Shown piece by piece: positions 18,842 through 27,676 of a DNA stretch of 32,118 bases. How positions within the stretch are numbered: the first letter of the stretch is position 1; every line of letters begins with the position of its first letter. The notes below the pieces were generated by a model. The model was given only the letters and a program-made list of their open reading frames with translations. It was not told the DNA's origin and did no database searches. Both the position numbers and the translations under genes were made by a program. Location of the stretch: the sequence record SRR22947727_1917; one strand, given 5' to 3'.

Positions 18842-20068
18842 TTAGCCGCCTAATTGATCCAGCGCTAGAGCTGTCAGCGCATCTGTCACTTCTGCGCCTT
18901 GTGACACCACGGTCCAGGCGGCGAGGCTGGTTTGCGCAGCTTGCTCGGGTGCGCTCATCTGCAACACGGCCGTCGCCAATTCATTCGGATCGTTTACGCG
19001 CCGCAAGCCGCCCGCTTCGTATAGCCGATCATAATCGGCCATATGCGCGCCAACAAATGGCCCAACGATAATGGCGGCGCCCAAGGCAGCTGCCTGATAA
19101 GGGCTTTGACCCTGCCCGGTTTCAAATAATGATTGGCCCAAGAAGCATAAGGGGGCCAAACGAAAACATGATGTCAGGTCAATCTGAGCGGGGATCATGA
19201 TTACATCAAGATTTTGGCCTATCTCTAGACCGGTCTGCCAGAGCGCGGCGTTCAAATCTAAACCCTGCGCAACGGCGAGGATTTGATCAGCCTCATCGGA
19301 TGGGCGCATGGTGATCAGCAACAGCATGCGGTGGGCTTGTCGCATCACCACGCGCTGGGCTTGCAAAATTGCTGTCAGCTCGTGATCTGTCACATTTATG
19401 GCCATCCAAGCAGGGCGCCCGGTTACCAGCTGTTTTACAATGGGCGGATCTTCTTCGCGCGTCTCTGACAAAACATAGCCTTGCTGCAAAGGGCCGTTAA
19501 TCTTAATTTTTGACGCCACAACCCCTAATCTGGCCAGCAATGTAGCGGCTTTGGCATCAAGGGCATAATATGCTGAGAATAACCGCACCGCTTTTGCGAT
19601 TGCCGGTGTGAACAGGGTAAAGCGTCGGGTTTTTAAAGTCTCTACAGCATCCGCGACCAGCGTCATCTTGCAGCCCTCTTTATGCAATTCGCTTATGATT
19701 TTGGGCATCACATCTCCGCCAAGCCATATTAAGCTTCTCGGGTTGAAGCGTTGCAATAGGCTGCGCGCGGTAGAACCGCTATCATTCGTGACCATTTGCG
19801 ATGAGAGGCGGGGATGTAGATTGAGCTGGTGCTTAGTGTTCCAAGTATATGTCAGCAATACTGTAACGTTTTGATGCCTGTGCAGAAGCTGTTGTGCCAG
19901 ATGCGTGGTGGCTCCTAGCATCTCTCGATTGGCGGCGTGCAGCCAAATACAGTTATGCTTGTGATCGATGGGGCTGTCTGACTGTTCATCAGGCATCGTT
20001 ACCGGCCTTTTTACCATGGGTTGAAACAGTGGTTCGATTGCTTTTTGGCCGGTTCGAAAACATGACAA
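18842..20068 (-). CDS. Divergent Kdo-transferase (WaaA/KdtA)-like glycosyltransferase
   Basis: IWLHAA start and overall WaaA layout (FLGQSL...P-AAALGAAIIVGP), directly upstream of lpxK. Canonical motifs are degenerate and the start codon is uncertain. Confidence 0.8.
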   Translation of the reverse strand: MSCFRTGQKAIEPLFQPMVKRPVTMPDEQSDSPIDHKHNCIWLHAANREMLGATTHLAQQLLHRHQNVTVLLTYTWNTKHQLNLHPRLSSQMVTNDSGSTARSLLQRFNPRSLIWLGGDVMPKIISELHKEGCKMTLVADAVETLKTRRFTLFTPAIAKAVRLFSAYYALDAKAATLLARLGVVASKIKINGPLQQGYVLSETREEDPPIVKQLVTGRPAWMAINVTDHELTAILQAQRVVMRQAHRMLLLITMRPSDEADQILAVAQGLDLNAALWQTGLEIGQNLDVIMIPAQIDLTSCFRLAPLCFLGQSLFETGQGQSPYQAAALGAAIIVGPFVGAHMADYDRLYEAGGLRRVNDPNELATAVLQMSAPEQAAQTSLAAWTVVSQGAEVTDALTALALDQLGG

Positions 20069-20161
20069 AGTATGGCTCGGCTCACCGTGTCTTATTAAGC
20101 TGTTAGGTTATGATAGAAAGCAAGATGGGTAAAGCAAGCGGCTGGCGCAATCTGCAGGCAT

Positions 20162-20190
20162 AAAAAAAGCCGCTGCAAAAACAGCGGCTT
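20162..20190 (-). terminator. Intrinsic terminator after rplS-rpmE
   Basis: AAGCCGCTG-N6-CAGCGGCTT hairpin followed by a T run on the minus strand. Confidence 0.88.
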
Positions 20191-20214
20191 CTTTTGCTTC
20201 TGACTGTATTGGGT

Positions 20215-20436
20215 TTAGAAGCCCAAGCCGTCATATTTTTGTTTAAACTTCGAAACCCGCCCGCCTGTGTCAAGCAAGCGCGCGTTTCCGCCATTCCATG
20301 CTGGATGCGCTGACGGATCAATATCAAGCGCCAATGTGTCGCCCTCTTTGCCCCAAGTTGAACGCATTTGAATAACGGATCCATCGGTCATTTTGACATC
20401 GATGAAATGGTAGTCTGGGTGAATATCTTTTCTCAT
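20215..20436 (-). CDS. rpmE: 50S ribosomal protein L31 (cysteine-free type)
   Basis: [15 protein letters not shown] and GGRVSKF. Confidence 0.97.
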   Translation of the reverse strand: MRKDIHPDYHFIDVKMTDGSVIQMRSTWGKEGDTLALDIDPSAHPAWNGGNARLLDTGGRVSKFKQKYDGLGF

Positions 20437-20447
20437 AGACCAGCTCC

Positions 20448-20834
20448 TTAGCTTTCAGCCGCGGCAGATGGCGCGCGGTAATTGGTTTGCTCGGCGATAC
20501 GGGCTGATTTACCACGGCGCTCGCGCAAGTAATACAGTTTGGCGCGTCTTACTTTACCGCGACGTACAACCGTAATGCTGTCGATATTGGTCGAGAACAG
20601 CGGAAAGACCCGCTCAACGCCTTCACCGAATGAAATCTTACGCACGGTAAAGGATCCGGCAATACCTTTTCCGTTATTGCGGGCAATGCAGACGCCTTCG
20701 TAATTCTGAATTCTGGTTCGTGTGCCTTCTGTTACACGATAGCCAACGCGAATCGTGTCTCCAGCTTTGAAATCGGGAATGCTCTTCCCGAGTGAGGCCA
20801 TTTGTTCGGCCTCTATCTGAGCGATAATATCCAT
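20448..20834 (-). CDS. rplS: 50S ribosomal protein L19
   Basis: [25 protein letters not shown] and [14 protein letters not shown]. Confidence 0.98.
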   Translation of the reverse strand: MDIIAQIEAEQMASLGKSIPDFKAGDTIRVGYRVTEGTRTRIQNYEGVCIARNNGKGIAGSFTVRKISFGEGVERVFPLFSTNIDSITVVRRGKVRRAKLYYLRERRGKSARIAEQTNYRAPSAAAES

Positions 20835-21020
20835 CGCTATCTCCTTTTTAATACGGTTTTATCCGTTATCTTGTGCGTGCCGCAGAACTCTTGATCTTTG
20901 GTCGGGTTCCTATCATTTGATAAGCCCGTCAGAGGGTCCGGTCATCATTGTTTGTGCCATTTGGCCGCGCATCGGTGAGGTGCCAGAGCTCAAAGCGGGC
21001 GTGGCGCAGGATGCGTGGCG

Positions 21021-21050
21021 CGTATAACAGTCAATTGCGGTTAGGATCAA
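21021..21050 (-). promoter_or_regulatory. Candidate sigma70 promoter of rplS-rpmE
   Basis: Minus strand (C)TTGATC-N18-TATACG, implying a leader of about 180 nt. Confidence 0.5.
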
Positions 21051-21099
21051 GGGGTAATTCACCGTAGAGTTGGTTGCCAAGAGGTGGGAGGCCTGCCGC

Positions 21100-22071
21100 T
21101 TAGCCCCACAGATCCGTAGAGAGATATTTCAAACCGCTATCGCATATTATAATGGCGATGGTTTCGCCTTTATGCGTGCGTTGTAAAAGCTTGGCGGCGG
21201 CCGCCAAATTGGCGCCTGCGGAAAAGCCCGCAAAAACCCCTTCAAGCCGGGCTAAACCGCGTGTCGCCTCTTTGGCGTCATTGCCGGTGACGGTGAGATA
21301 GCCATCGATATCGCTAGAGGCAAGCGCGGCGAGTTTTTTCATGGCATAGCCCCCGCCTTGGATTGGATGCTGGGGCTGCGTTGCGCCTTGGCCAGACAGC
21401 ACCGCAGCGCCATCAGGTTCGACCACGTAGCCTTTACAGGCGGGATTAAACGTCTTGAGCGCCTGAATTGTACCCGCATAGGTGCCCCCGGATCCAACAA
21501 AATCGACAAAGGCATCAAGTTGCCCGCCGCTTTGCTGCCAAAGTTCCGGCCCCGTTGTTGTCAGATGCGCGCCGCGATTTGCCGGATGATGAAATTGGTC
21601 TGCGCGAAAGCCGTTGCGCTCTGCCACCAATCGTTGCGCCCTTTCTTCAACCTTGGCTAGATCTGCCCCCGAAACCTGCCCCTTCTGCGCGCCGGGGGCT
21701 TGATCAACCAATATTACTTCTGCGCCTAAAGCGCGCATCATTCGTGCCCGTTCTGGTGAATTGCCGTGTGACATAACCGCGACAAACGGATAGTTTTTAA
21801 GCGCGCAAACGATGGCCAACCCGGTGCCCATATTGCCGCTTGTCAGCTCGATAACGCATTGTCCCGGTTGCAATGCGCCGCTGCTTTCGGCCGCCTCAAT
21901 AATCGCTTTGGCTGCGCGGTCTTTTTTAGAAAATCCGGGGTTCAAATAGTCAAGCTTGGCCAGAATGCGCCCGTCAAGTTTGTGATGGGCTACCCAGCGG
22001 TCCAACCAAATCGCAGGGGTGTTTCCAATCACATCAAGCAAGGAGAGATGCGCCGGGTTTAAGCCTGCCAT
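21100..22071 (-). CDS. PLP-dependent cysteine synthase (CysK/CBS)-family protein, variant subfamily
   Basis: IGNTP, NPGFSKKDR (PLP lysine region), TSGNMG, VGSGGT, HPIQGGG and DSGLKYLST. ATG 22071 follows AAGGA. Confidence 0.9.
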   Translation of the reverse strand: MAGLNPAHLSLLDVIGNTPAIWLDRWVAHHKLDGRILAKLDYLNPGFSKKDRAAKAIIEAAESSGALQPGQCVIELTSGNMGTGLAIVCALKNYPFVAVMSHGNSPERARMMRALGAEVILVDQAPGAQKGQVSGADLAKVEERAQRLVAERNGFRADQFHHPANRGAHLTTTGPELWQQSGGQLDAFVDFVGSGGTYAGTIQALKTFNPACKGYVVEPDGAAVLSGQGATQPQHPIQGGGYAMKKLAALASSDIDGYLTVTGNDAKEATRGLARLEGVFAGFSAGANLAAAAKLLQRTHKGETIAIIICDSGLKYLSTDLWG

Positions 22072-22154
22072 GCCATGTTCCTTTCCCATTGGGTTTTATA
22101 TCACAATTTGCCAGAGAGAGGGAGTGCACCCAAATCTGCGATATAATCCGCAGT

Positions 22155-22967
22155 TTAATCCTTTGGATCTCGTTTCCCAAGCGCGTTTTGAAAGGCGGCC
22201 CATAGATCTGGGCGCTTTTCTTTGGTCACCTGCTGCGACATCTCCTGTCGCCATTTGGCAATATTGATATGATGGCCTGATTGTAAGACATCGGGAATAG
22301 GGCGGCCATTCCAAAGCGCTGGCCGGGTATAATGGGGGTGCTCTAGCAAGCCCGCCATATGGCTTTCTTCTGCGATGGAAGCCTCGTTGCCCAAAATATC
22401 TGGCAACAGGCGCACTGTCGCATCGATCATCGCTTGCGCGGCGATTTCACCACCGGTCAGAACAAAATCGCCCAGTGAAACCTCTTCCAGCTGGTAATGA
22501 TCAATCACCCGCTGATCAATCCCCTCAAAGCGCCCGCATAGCATTGTGACACCGCCAGCATTCGCCCAAGCGCGGGCCTTTGCTTGCGTAAACGGCGTTC
22601 CGCGCGGTGAGAGGCAGACCATTGGTAATGGCGTTTTTTGCTGCGCCAGTGCCCGATCGAGCGCTGCGCCCACGACATTGGGTTTCAGCACCATGCCCGC
22701 GCCGCCACCAGCAGGCGTATCATCGACATTTCTATGCTTGCCCTCTCCAAACAGGCGCAAATCAATCGTATCAAGCGCCCATTTGCCGTCTTTTAACGCA
22801 CGGCCGGTCAGGCTTTCTCCCAAAACGCCGGGAAAAGCTTCGGGAAAGAGCGTTAGAATTTGCGCTGTCCACACGCCGGCAAGCTGCGGCGATGGGGTCA
22901 TCAAGGCGCGCGGCTGCAAATTTGCACTTATGGATTTACGCCCGTGGGATTTGCTTTGCTGGCTCAT
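22155..22967 (-). CDS. trmD: tRNA (guanine37-N1)-methyltransferase
   Basis: [39 protein letters not shown] and EHPHYTRP. Confidence 0.97.
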   Translation of the reverse strand: MSQQSKSHGRKSISANLQPRALMTPSPQLAGVWTAQILTLFPEAFPGVLGESLTGRALKDGKWALDTIDLRLFGEGKHRNVDDTPAGGGAGMVLKPNVVGAALDRALAQQKTPLPMVCLSPRGTPFTQAKARAWANAGGVTMLCGRFEGIDQRVIDHYQLEEVSLGDFVLTGGEIAAQAMIDATVRLLPDILGNEASIAEESHMAGLLEHPHYTRPALWNGRPIPDVLQSGHHINIAKWRQEMSQQVTKEKRPDLWAAFQNALGKRDPKD

Positions 22968-23482
22968 GGTAAATCTGGCAAAACTCCATCGGGTGGATCG
23001 ATGATAATCTTGCCTTGTGCCAGATCAACGGTGGGAACCGCAGCGCGGGTGAAGGGCAGCAATATGCTGGCCTTCAAATTGGGGCCTTGAATTTCAAGCA
23101 AATCGCTGGCGCCGTGGTTCTGTACGGTCATAACATGGCCCCAATCTTGACCGCCACTGTCAAAGACCTGCAAGCCTTCCAGATCGGCGTGATAAAACTC
23201 ATCATCGGGCAAGCTGGGCAGGCGGTCTCTTGGAACGAACAGTTTCACCCCCTTCAGCGCATCAGCCTGCTCTTTGCTGGTAACGCCGGATAAACGGCCG
23301 GTAAGGGCATTTTTGGTTCGCCCCGTCAGATGGACGGTGAAGCTCTGCGCTTTGTCTTGCGTTACCAGCGGGGCATAGGCTTCCAAAGCGCTGGGGTCAG
23401 CGGTGAAGCTTTTCAGGCGCACGTCGCCATGCACGCCAAAGGCACCGGCGATTGCGGCCACGCAAATCATGTGTTCGGGCAT
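22964..23482 (-). CDS. rimM: Ribosome maturation factor RimM
   Basis: [27 protein letters not shown] and LLPF-V-VDL. Confidence 0.96.
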   Translation of the reverse strand: MPEHMICVAAIAGAFGVHGDVRLKSFTADPSALEAYAPLVTQDKAQSFTVHLTGRTKNALTGRLSGVTSKEQADALKGVKLFVPRDRLPSLPDDEFYHADLEGLQVFDSGGQDWGHVMTVQNHGASDLLEIQGPNLKASILLPFTRAAVPTVDLAQGKIIIDPPDGVLPDLP

Positions 23483-23485
23483 TGA

Positions 23486-23623
23486 TTACCTTTCACAAAA
23501 ACCACTTTCTATATCACCGCCAACGTGTGTGCAGCGGGCTTTCATTTCACCCCGCTCGTATAGAATGCCCGCAATGAAGGCAATTCCAAGTAAAATCAGC
23601 AATCGAAAAGGGCGAAAAAGCAT
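23486..23623 (-). CDS. Small (45 aa) single-pass membrane protein
   Basis: MLFRPFRLLILLGIAFIAGILYER...C-x3-GG-x5-C, ending 3 nt before rimM. It has a positively charged N-terminus followed by a hydrophobic helix. Confidence 0.7.
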   Translation of the reverse strand: MLFRPFRLLILLGIAFIAGILYERGEMKARCTHVGGDIESGFCER

Positions 23624-23805
23624 GAGATATCTATGCGGTCGAAAAATGGGCCATTTTTTCGCTCCAGAGAGCATCAGAGCTTGGCTGGGAGGTGGTTATG
23701 GGGCCTAATCTGACAATGGAGTGATGCAAATGGGTGTTGCCCTGCCCATACTGAAGCTTATGGACAAGGCTGTGATAGAGAGGCGCCTCAAAAAGGCTGC
23801 TCGAT

Positions 23806-24246
23806 TTAGCTTTCTGCAGTCTCGGCGGCAGGGGCTTCGCTGGTGTCTTCTGCTGGGGCTTCCGCCTCTTCAACGGGGGCCTCGGCCTCTTCTACTGCGG
23901 CGCTTGCTTCTGCGGCTTTTGCAGCTTTTTCTTCCGCACGATCCTGCATTTTCTTACCAGGGATCGCTTTTTTCGGGTTGTTGCGCTCTTTCTTTTCAAT
24001 CACGCCGGCGGCTTCCAACATTCTTGATACGCGATCGGTGACCTGCGCGCCTTCGCTCATCCAATACTGCACCCGCTCTAGGTTCATTTTCACACGGTCT
24101 TCGCTGTCTTTTGGCAGCAACGGATTATATGTGCCCAGTTTTTCAACATAGCGGCCATCGCGCGGCATACGGCTATCAGCCGCAACGATGCGATAAAATG
24201 GACGCTTTTTGCTGCCACCACGGGCAAGACGGATTTTCATAGCCAT
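23806..24246 (-). CDS. rpsP: 30S ribosomal protein S16 with an Ala/Glu-rich C-terminal extension
   Basis: [32 protein letters not shown]. Confidence 0.98.
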   Translation of the reverse strand: MAMKIRLARGGSKKRPFYRIVAADSRMPRDGRYVEKLGTYNPLLPKDSEDRVKMNLERVQYWMSEGAQVTDRVSRMLEAAGVIEKKERNNPKKAIPGKKMQDRAEEKAAKAAEASAAVEEAEAPVEEAEAPAEDTSEAPAAETAES

Positions 24247-24285
24247 TTGATATTCTCCTTTAGAATGGCGGTTGGGGCAGAGCCC

Positions 24286-24582
24286 CTAGGATTGGTGTTC
24301 TTGGTGATGTCGGATGACTTCCTGAATGACAAAATTCAGAAATTTTTTGGCAAATTGCGGGTCGAGATCGGCTTGCACTGCCAAATCCTCAAGCCTTGCA
24401 ATCTGTGTGGCCTCGCGCGTTGGGTCTGAGGGGGGCAAGTCATGCTCGGCCTTCAATGTGCCCACGGCTTGGGTGTGCTTGAAACGTTCGCCCAGCGTAT
24501 AGATTAAGATAGCATCAAGCCGGTCGATACTTTGGCGATGTTCTTTCAGAACAGTGGCGGCTAATGTTACTTTATCGGTCAT
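24286..24582 (-). CDS. Stand-alone chorismate mutase (AroQ type)
   Basis: R-SID-LD-L-L-ERF-VG-LK...DP-RE. ATG 24582 follows GGAG. Confidence 0.9.
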   Translation of the reverse strand: MTDKVTLAATVLKEHRQSIDRLDAILIYTLGERFKHTQAVGTLKAEHDLPPSDPTREATQIARLEDLAVQADLDPQFAKKFLNFVIQEVIRHHQEHQS

Positions 24583-24655
24583 TCGGGTCTCCACAGATTG
24601 CGCATAGAAACCCGAAACCGGTATATCGGCCAGATTAAAGCGATATATATTGGCA

Positions 24656-25180
24656 TCAAGTCAGCGCCTCGGGGCTAGGATGGCGGTAGAGCATGTCTTC
24701 CCCCATATTAGAGTTGTAATAATTGCGCTCAAAAAACGCGCCCATGCGTTTGGCCAATGCGATAGAGCGCTCATTGCCGGGCACAATATTGCTGGTCAAA
24801 GTGGTAAAGCCGAGATTTTCGTAAGCCCAGAGGCGGGCCCGGCAGGCCGCTTCATAGGCGATACCACGCCCCTCAAAGCCGTCAAAAACCACCCAGCCAA
24901 GTTCTGGCTCGGGCCAGGTTTCGGGGTTCCAGATGCCGCTGATACCGGCAATCTCGCCGGTTTTGGTTTCAATCGTGAAATATCCATAGCCGTGAATATG
25001 CCAATGCCCCACATTCAACGCAAACCAGCGCCAGGCTGCGCCGCGTTCGGGCAGATGGCCGAACCCTGTGGACCGGCGTTCATCTTGCAGGAAGGCGATT
25101 ATCGGCTCGGCATCCTGCAATTCAGGTCCGCGCAGGATCAGCTCTTGGCTGTGCAGGCGAGGGGCGTTGGTCAGAGGCAT
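24656..25180 (-). CDS. GNAT N-acetyltransferase (RimJ/RimL-like)
   Basis: L-LR, ELGW, EGRGIAYEA and N-RSIALAKRMG. ATG 25180 follows AGGAG. Confidence 0.9.
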   Translation of the reverse strand: MPLTNAPRLHSQELILRGPELQDAEPIIAFLQDERRSTGFGHLPERGAAWRWFALNVGHWHIHGYGYFTIETKTGEIAGISGIWNPETWPEPELGWVVFDGFEGRGIAYEAACRARLWAYENLGFTTLTSNIVPGNERSIALAKRMGAFFERNYYNSNMGEDMLYRHPSPEALT

Positions 25181-25328
25181 GTTGATGCTCCTGCCCTTGC
25201 GCTTATTGCGGTTTGACCTTGCAGGACAGGCATGGCTGGATTTGAATATCTGCAAAACGAATGGCTTTGCGGCTTCGGTTTTTTAAAAGCCGGGCGACGC
25301 GCCGATAAACGGGACGGACTCGCAAAAA

Positions 25329-26846
25329 TCATTTCTTTTTCCCGAAGCCCGAGAGGCCGGGGGGCAAGGCGCCGCCCCCCAAACCGGGCAGTCCGCCTGG
25401 CATTTTCCCAAGACCGGCCCCACCCATTTGTTTTGCCGCGGCTTCCAAAGCTTTGGGATCCATTTGGCTGGGATCCATCCCGGGCGGCATTCCGCCCTTG
25501 CCGAACATGCCCCGCATGGCCTGCTTTAGCATGCCGCCTTTGCCCATCTTGCCCATTTTTTTCATCATATCGCCCATTTGGCGCTGCATCTTGAGCAGTT
25601 TGTTCAATTCGCTTACTTCCAGACCCGCGCCGGCGGCAATTCGTTTTTTACGGCTGGCTTGTAGAATTTGGGGATTGGCGCGTTCTTTTTTGGTCATGGA
25701 TTGGATCAGCGCGATTTGCCGCTTGAACACTTTATCATCCATACCCGCTTCACTGGCCTGCTTGGCCATTTTGCCCATGCCCGGCATCATGCCCATAATG
25801 CTTTCGATGCCGCCCATTTTCATCATTTGTTCGAGCTGGGATTTCATATCATTCATGTTGAATTGGCCCTTTTGGAACCGTTTCATCATGCGCTCGGCTT
25901 GTTCAGCCTCGATCGTTTCTTGGGCTTTTTCCACCAGCGCGACGATATCGCCCATGCCCAGAATGCGGCCCGCAACCCGTTCGGGTTCGAACAGCTCTAG
26001 CGCCTCCATTTTCTCACCTAAGCCCACAAACCGGATTGGTTTGCCGGTAACGGCGCGCATTGAAAGCGCGGCGCCGCCGCGGCCATCGCCATCCATGCGG
26101 GTCAATACAACGCCCGTGACGCCAATTTTATCATCAAATTCGGTGGCCACGTTCACAGCGTCTTGACCGGTTAAGCCATCGACGACCAATAATGTTTCGC
26201 GCGGCTGGGCAACATCGCGCACCGCGGCGGCTTGCGCAATCAATTCCTGATCGATATGCAACCGGCCTGCTGTGTCCAATATGTAAACGTCATAGCCACC
26301 TAAACTGGCTTGTGTTTTAGCGCGTTTGGCGATTTTTACAGGATCTTCGCCCTTTACAATCGGCAATGTGTCGACACCGATTTGCCGACCTAGAATCTGC
26401 AATTGTTCCATCGCCGCGGGGCGGTTGACATCGAGCGAGGCCATCAAAATGCGTTTGCCATCTTTCTCTTTCAAACGCTTTGCAAGTTTTGCCGTGGTTG
26501 TCGTTTTGCCCGAGCCTTGCAAACCCACCATCAAAATGGGTGCTGGCGCGCTGTCAATTTTCAACGCACCGGGATCTTCGCTTCCGGCCAGCACGTGTAC
26601 CAGTTCATCATGAACGATCTTTACGACTTGCTGGCCTGGAGTCACTGATTTTGTGACCGATTGCCCTGTGGCTTTTTCTTGGACGGCTTTCACAAAATCA
26701 CGCGCGATGCCCAGCGAGACATCCGCCTCAAGCAGGGCGACCCTGACCTCGCGCAGCGCTGTTTTAACGTCGTCTTCGGACAGCGCACCCTGTTTGGTCA
26801 GCCGATCGAAAACACCAGAGAGGCGTTCGGACAGGTTTTCAAACAT
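25329..26846 (-). CDS. ffh: Signal recognition particle protein
   Basis: MFENLSERL, ALLEADV, GLQGSGKTTT, DTAGRL, DGDGRGGAALS, RILGMGD and a Met-rich M domain. ATG 26846 follows AAGGAG. Confidence 0.98.
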   Translation of the reverse strand: MFENLSERLSGVFDRLTKQGALSEDDVKTALREVRVALLEADVSLGIARDFVKAVQEKATGQSVTKSVTPGQQVVKIVHDELVHVLAGSEDPGALKIDSAPAPILMVGLQGSGKTTTTAKLAKRLKEKDGKRILMASLDVNRPAAMEQLQILGRQIGVDTLPIVKGEDPVKIAKRAKTQASLGGYDVYILDTAGRLHIDQELIAQAAAVRDVAQPRETLLVVDGLTGQDAVNVATEFDDKIGVTGVVLTRMDGDGRGGAALSMRAVTGKPIRFVGLGEKMEALELFEPERVAGRILGMGDIVALVEKAQETIEAEQAERMMKRFQKGQFNMNDMKSQLEQMMKMGGIESIMGMMPGMGKMAKQASEAGMDDKVFKRQIALIQSMTKKERANPQILQASRKKRIAAGAGLEVSELNKLLKMQRQMGDMMKKMGKMGKGGMLKQAMRGMFGKGGMPPGMDPSQMDPKALEAAAKQMGGAGLGKMPGGLPGLGGGALPPGLSGFGKKK

Positions 26847-26909
26847 TAAGCGCTCCTTCATTGCTGCGCGGCTCACACCGGTCCGTTTAAGTGTTCTAAA
26901 ACCAAAATT

Positions 26910-26969
26910 GCCCCCGTGGGCGAAACCTCGCTGACGGGGGGCGATCCTGAACATGCCTTGGACCGGAAG
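26910..26969 (-). ncRNA. ffh leader RNA motif (alphaproteobacterial ffh 5'-UTR hairpin)
   Basis: Minus-strand hairpin CCCCCGU-CA-GCGA-GGUU-UCGC-CC-ACGGGGG in the ffh 5' UTR. It resembles the ffh motif described in alphaproteobacteria (recalled, not searched). Confidence 0.7.
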
Positions 26970-26995
26970 TTTACTGCTTCCTATAAGTTGAGGGC

Positions 26996-27024
26996 GATCT
27001 AATCGTTAAATGCGGCAGTGTCAA
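26996..27024 (-). promoter_or_regulatory. Sigma70 promoter of ffh
   Basis: Minus strand TTGACA-N17-TAGATC. Confidence 0.65.
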
Positions 27025-27117
27025 CCAAAGCTGCACGTTGCGCCTGAATAGCAAGCAAATTTTAGGCAAATCAAGACGCCGTTTGCGGATGGGGCGCGTT
27101 TCACCTTTTTACAAACG

Positions 27118-27450
27118 TCAAAAATCGCTTGCGGGCAATTCTGATTTGAGAAACTGCTCGAACTGGTCAAGATCTACAGCGTCAAATTGCCCAAACCCTT
27201 GCAGCCATATGCTGGCAGCACGCATCGCATCCGGTTCAAGTTTGCACCATTTCACCCGGCCGCGTTTTTCTTGGCTGATCAATCCAGCGCGCGTTAAAAT
27301 AGCCAAATGTTTGGACACGGCCGCCAAAGATATTGCGAAAGGTTCGGCGACATCGCTCACCGCCATATCATCTTCGAGCAAAAGCGTTAGGATGTTGCGC
27401 CGCGTGGCATCTGCCATAGCTGCAAAGATCAAATCAATTTGTTGGTCCAT
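27118..27450 (-). CDS. ArsR/SmtB-family transcriptional regulator
   Basis: F-AMAD-TRR-IL-L, AVSKHL-IL-AGLI and RGR. The start at ATG 27450 is probably leaderless. Confidence 0.92.
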   Translation of the reverse strand: MDQQIDLIFAAMADATRRNILTLLLEDDMAVSDVAEPFAISLAAVSKHLAILTRAGLISQEKRGRVKWCKLEPDAMRAASIWLQGFGQFDAVDLDQFEQFLKSELPASDF

Positions 27451-27456
27451 ACGCCC

Positions 27457-27497
27457 ATTTAAAAGTCGCTGGTTCGGATCGTCAACCGAATGGTTGA
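27457..27497 (-). promoter_or_regulatory. ArsR promoter (TTGACG-N17-TTAAAT) with palindromic operator TCAACC-N4-GGTTGA overlapping the -35
   Basis: Inverted repeat at 27482-27497, -35 at 27485-27480 and -10 at 27462-27457, which is 6 nt from the ATG. Confidence 0.7.
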
Positions 27498-27621
27498 ATA
27501 TGCAAAAATTCGTGTTTTGGGCATTTTCCAATAAGGATAGGCTGGCTAGGTAGTACGTGTTAAAAATAAAACATATAACTATCATGGGCTTACTGGCTGT
27601 TATCGGGTTTGAATCAGGCGG

Positions 27622-27650
27622 TTGACTCGGCGCGGCACCCAGACTACACC
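27622..27650 (+). promoter_or_regulatory. Candidate sigma70 promoter of the F0 operon
   Basis: TTGACT-N17-TACACC upstream of atpI; a GANTC site overlaps the -35. Confidence 0.55.
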
Positions 27651-27676
27651 AGCGGAAATTTTGCTGGAGTGCGAAG

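Noticed and set aside
23853..23895. Imperfect 21-nt tandem repeat (VEEAEAP x2) in rpsP
   Set aside because: Ordinary low-complexity S16 C-terminal extension.
25453..26166. 237-aa antisense ORF to ffh and other long shadow ORFs (e.g. 16739-17311, 12652-13173, 24650-25216, 27038-27553)
   Set aside because: They lie opposite well-conserved genes, have no recognisable motifs, and are expected from codon bias.
26847..26954. N-terminal extension of Ffh in the ORF track
   Set aside because: It overlaps the leader hairpin; the canonical MFENL start with AAGGAG is at 26846.
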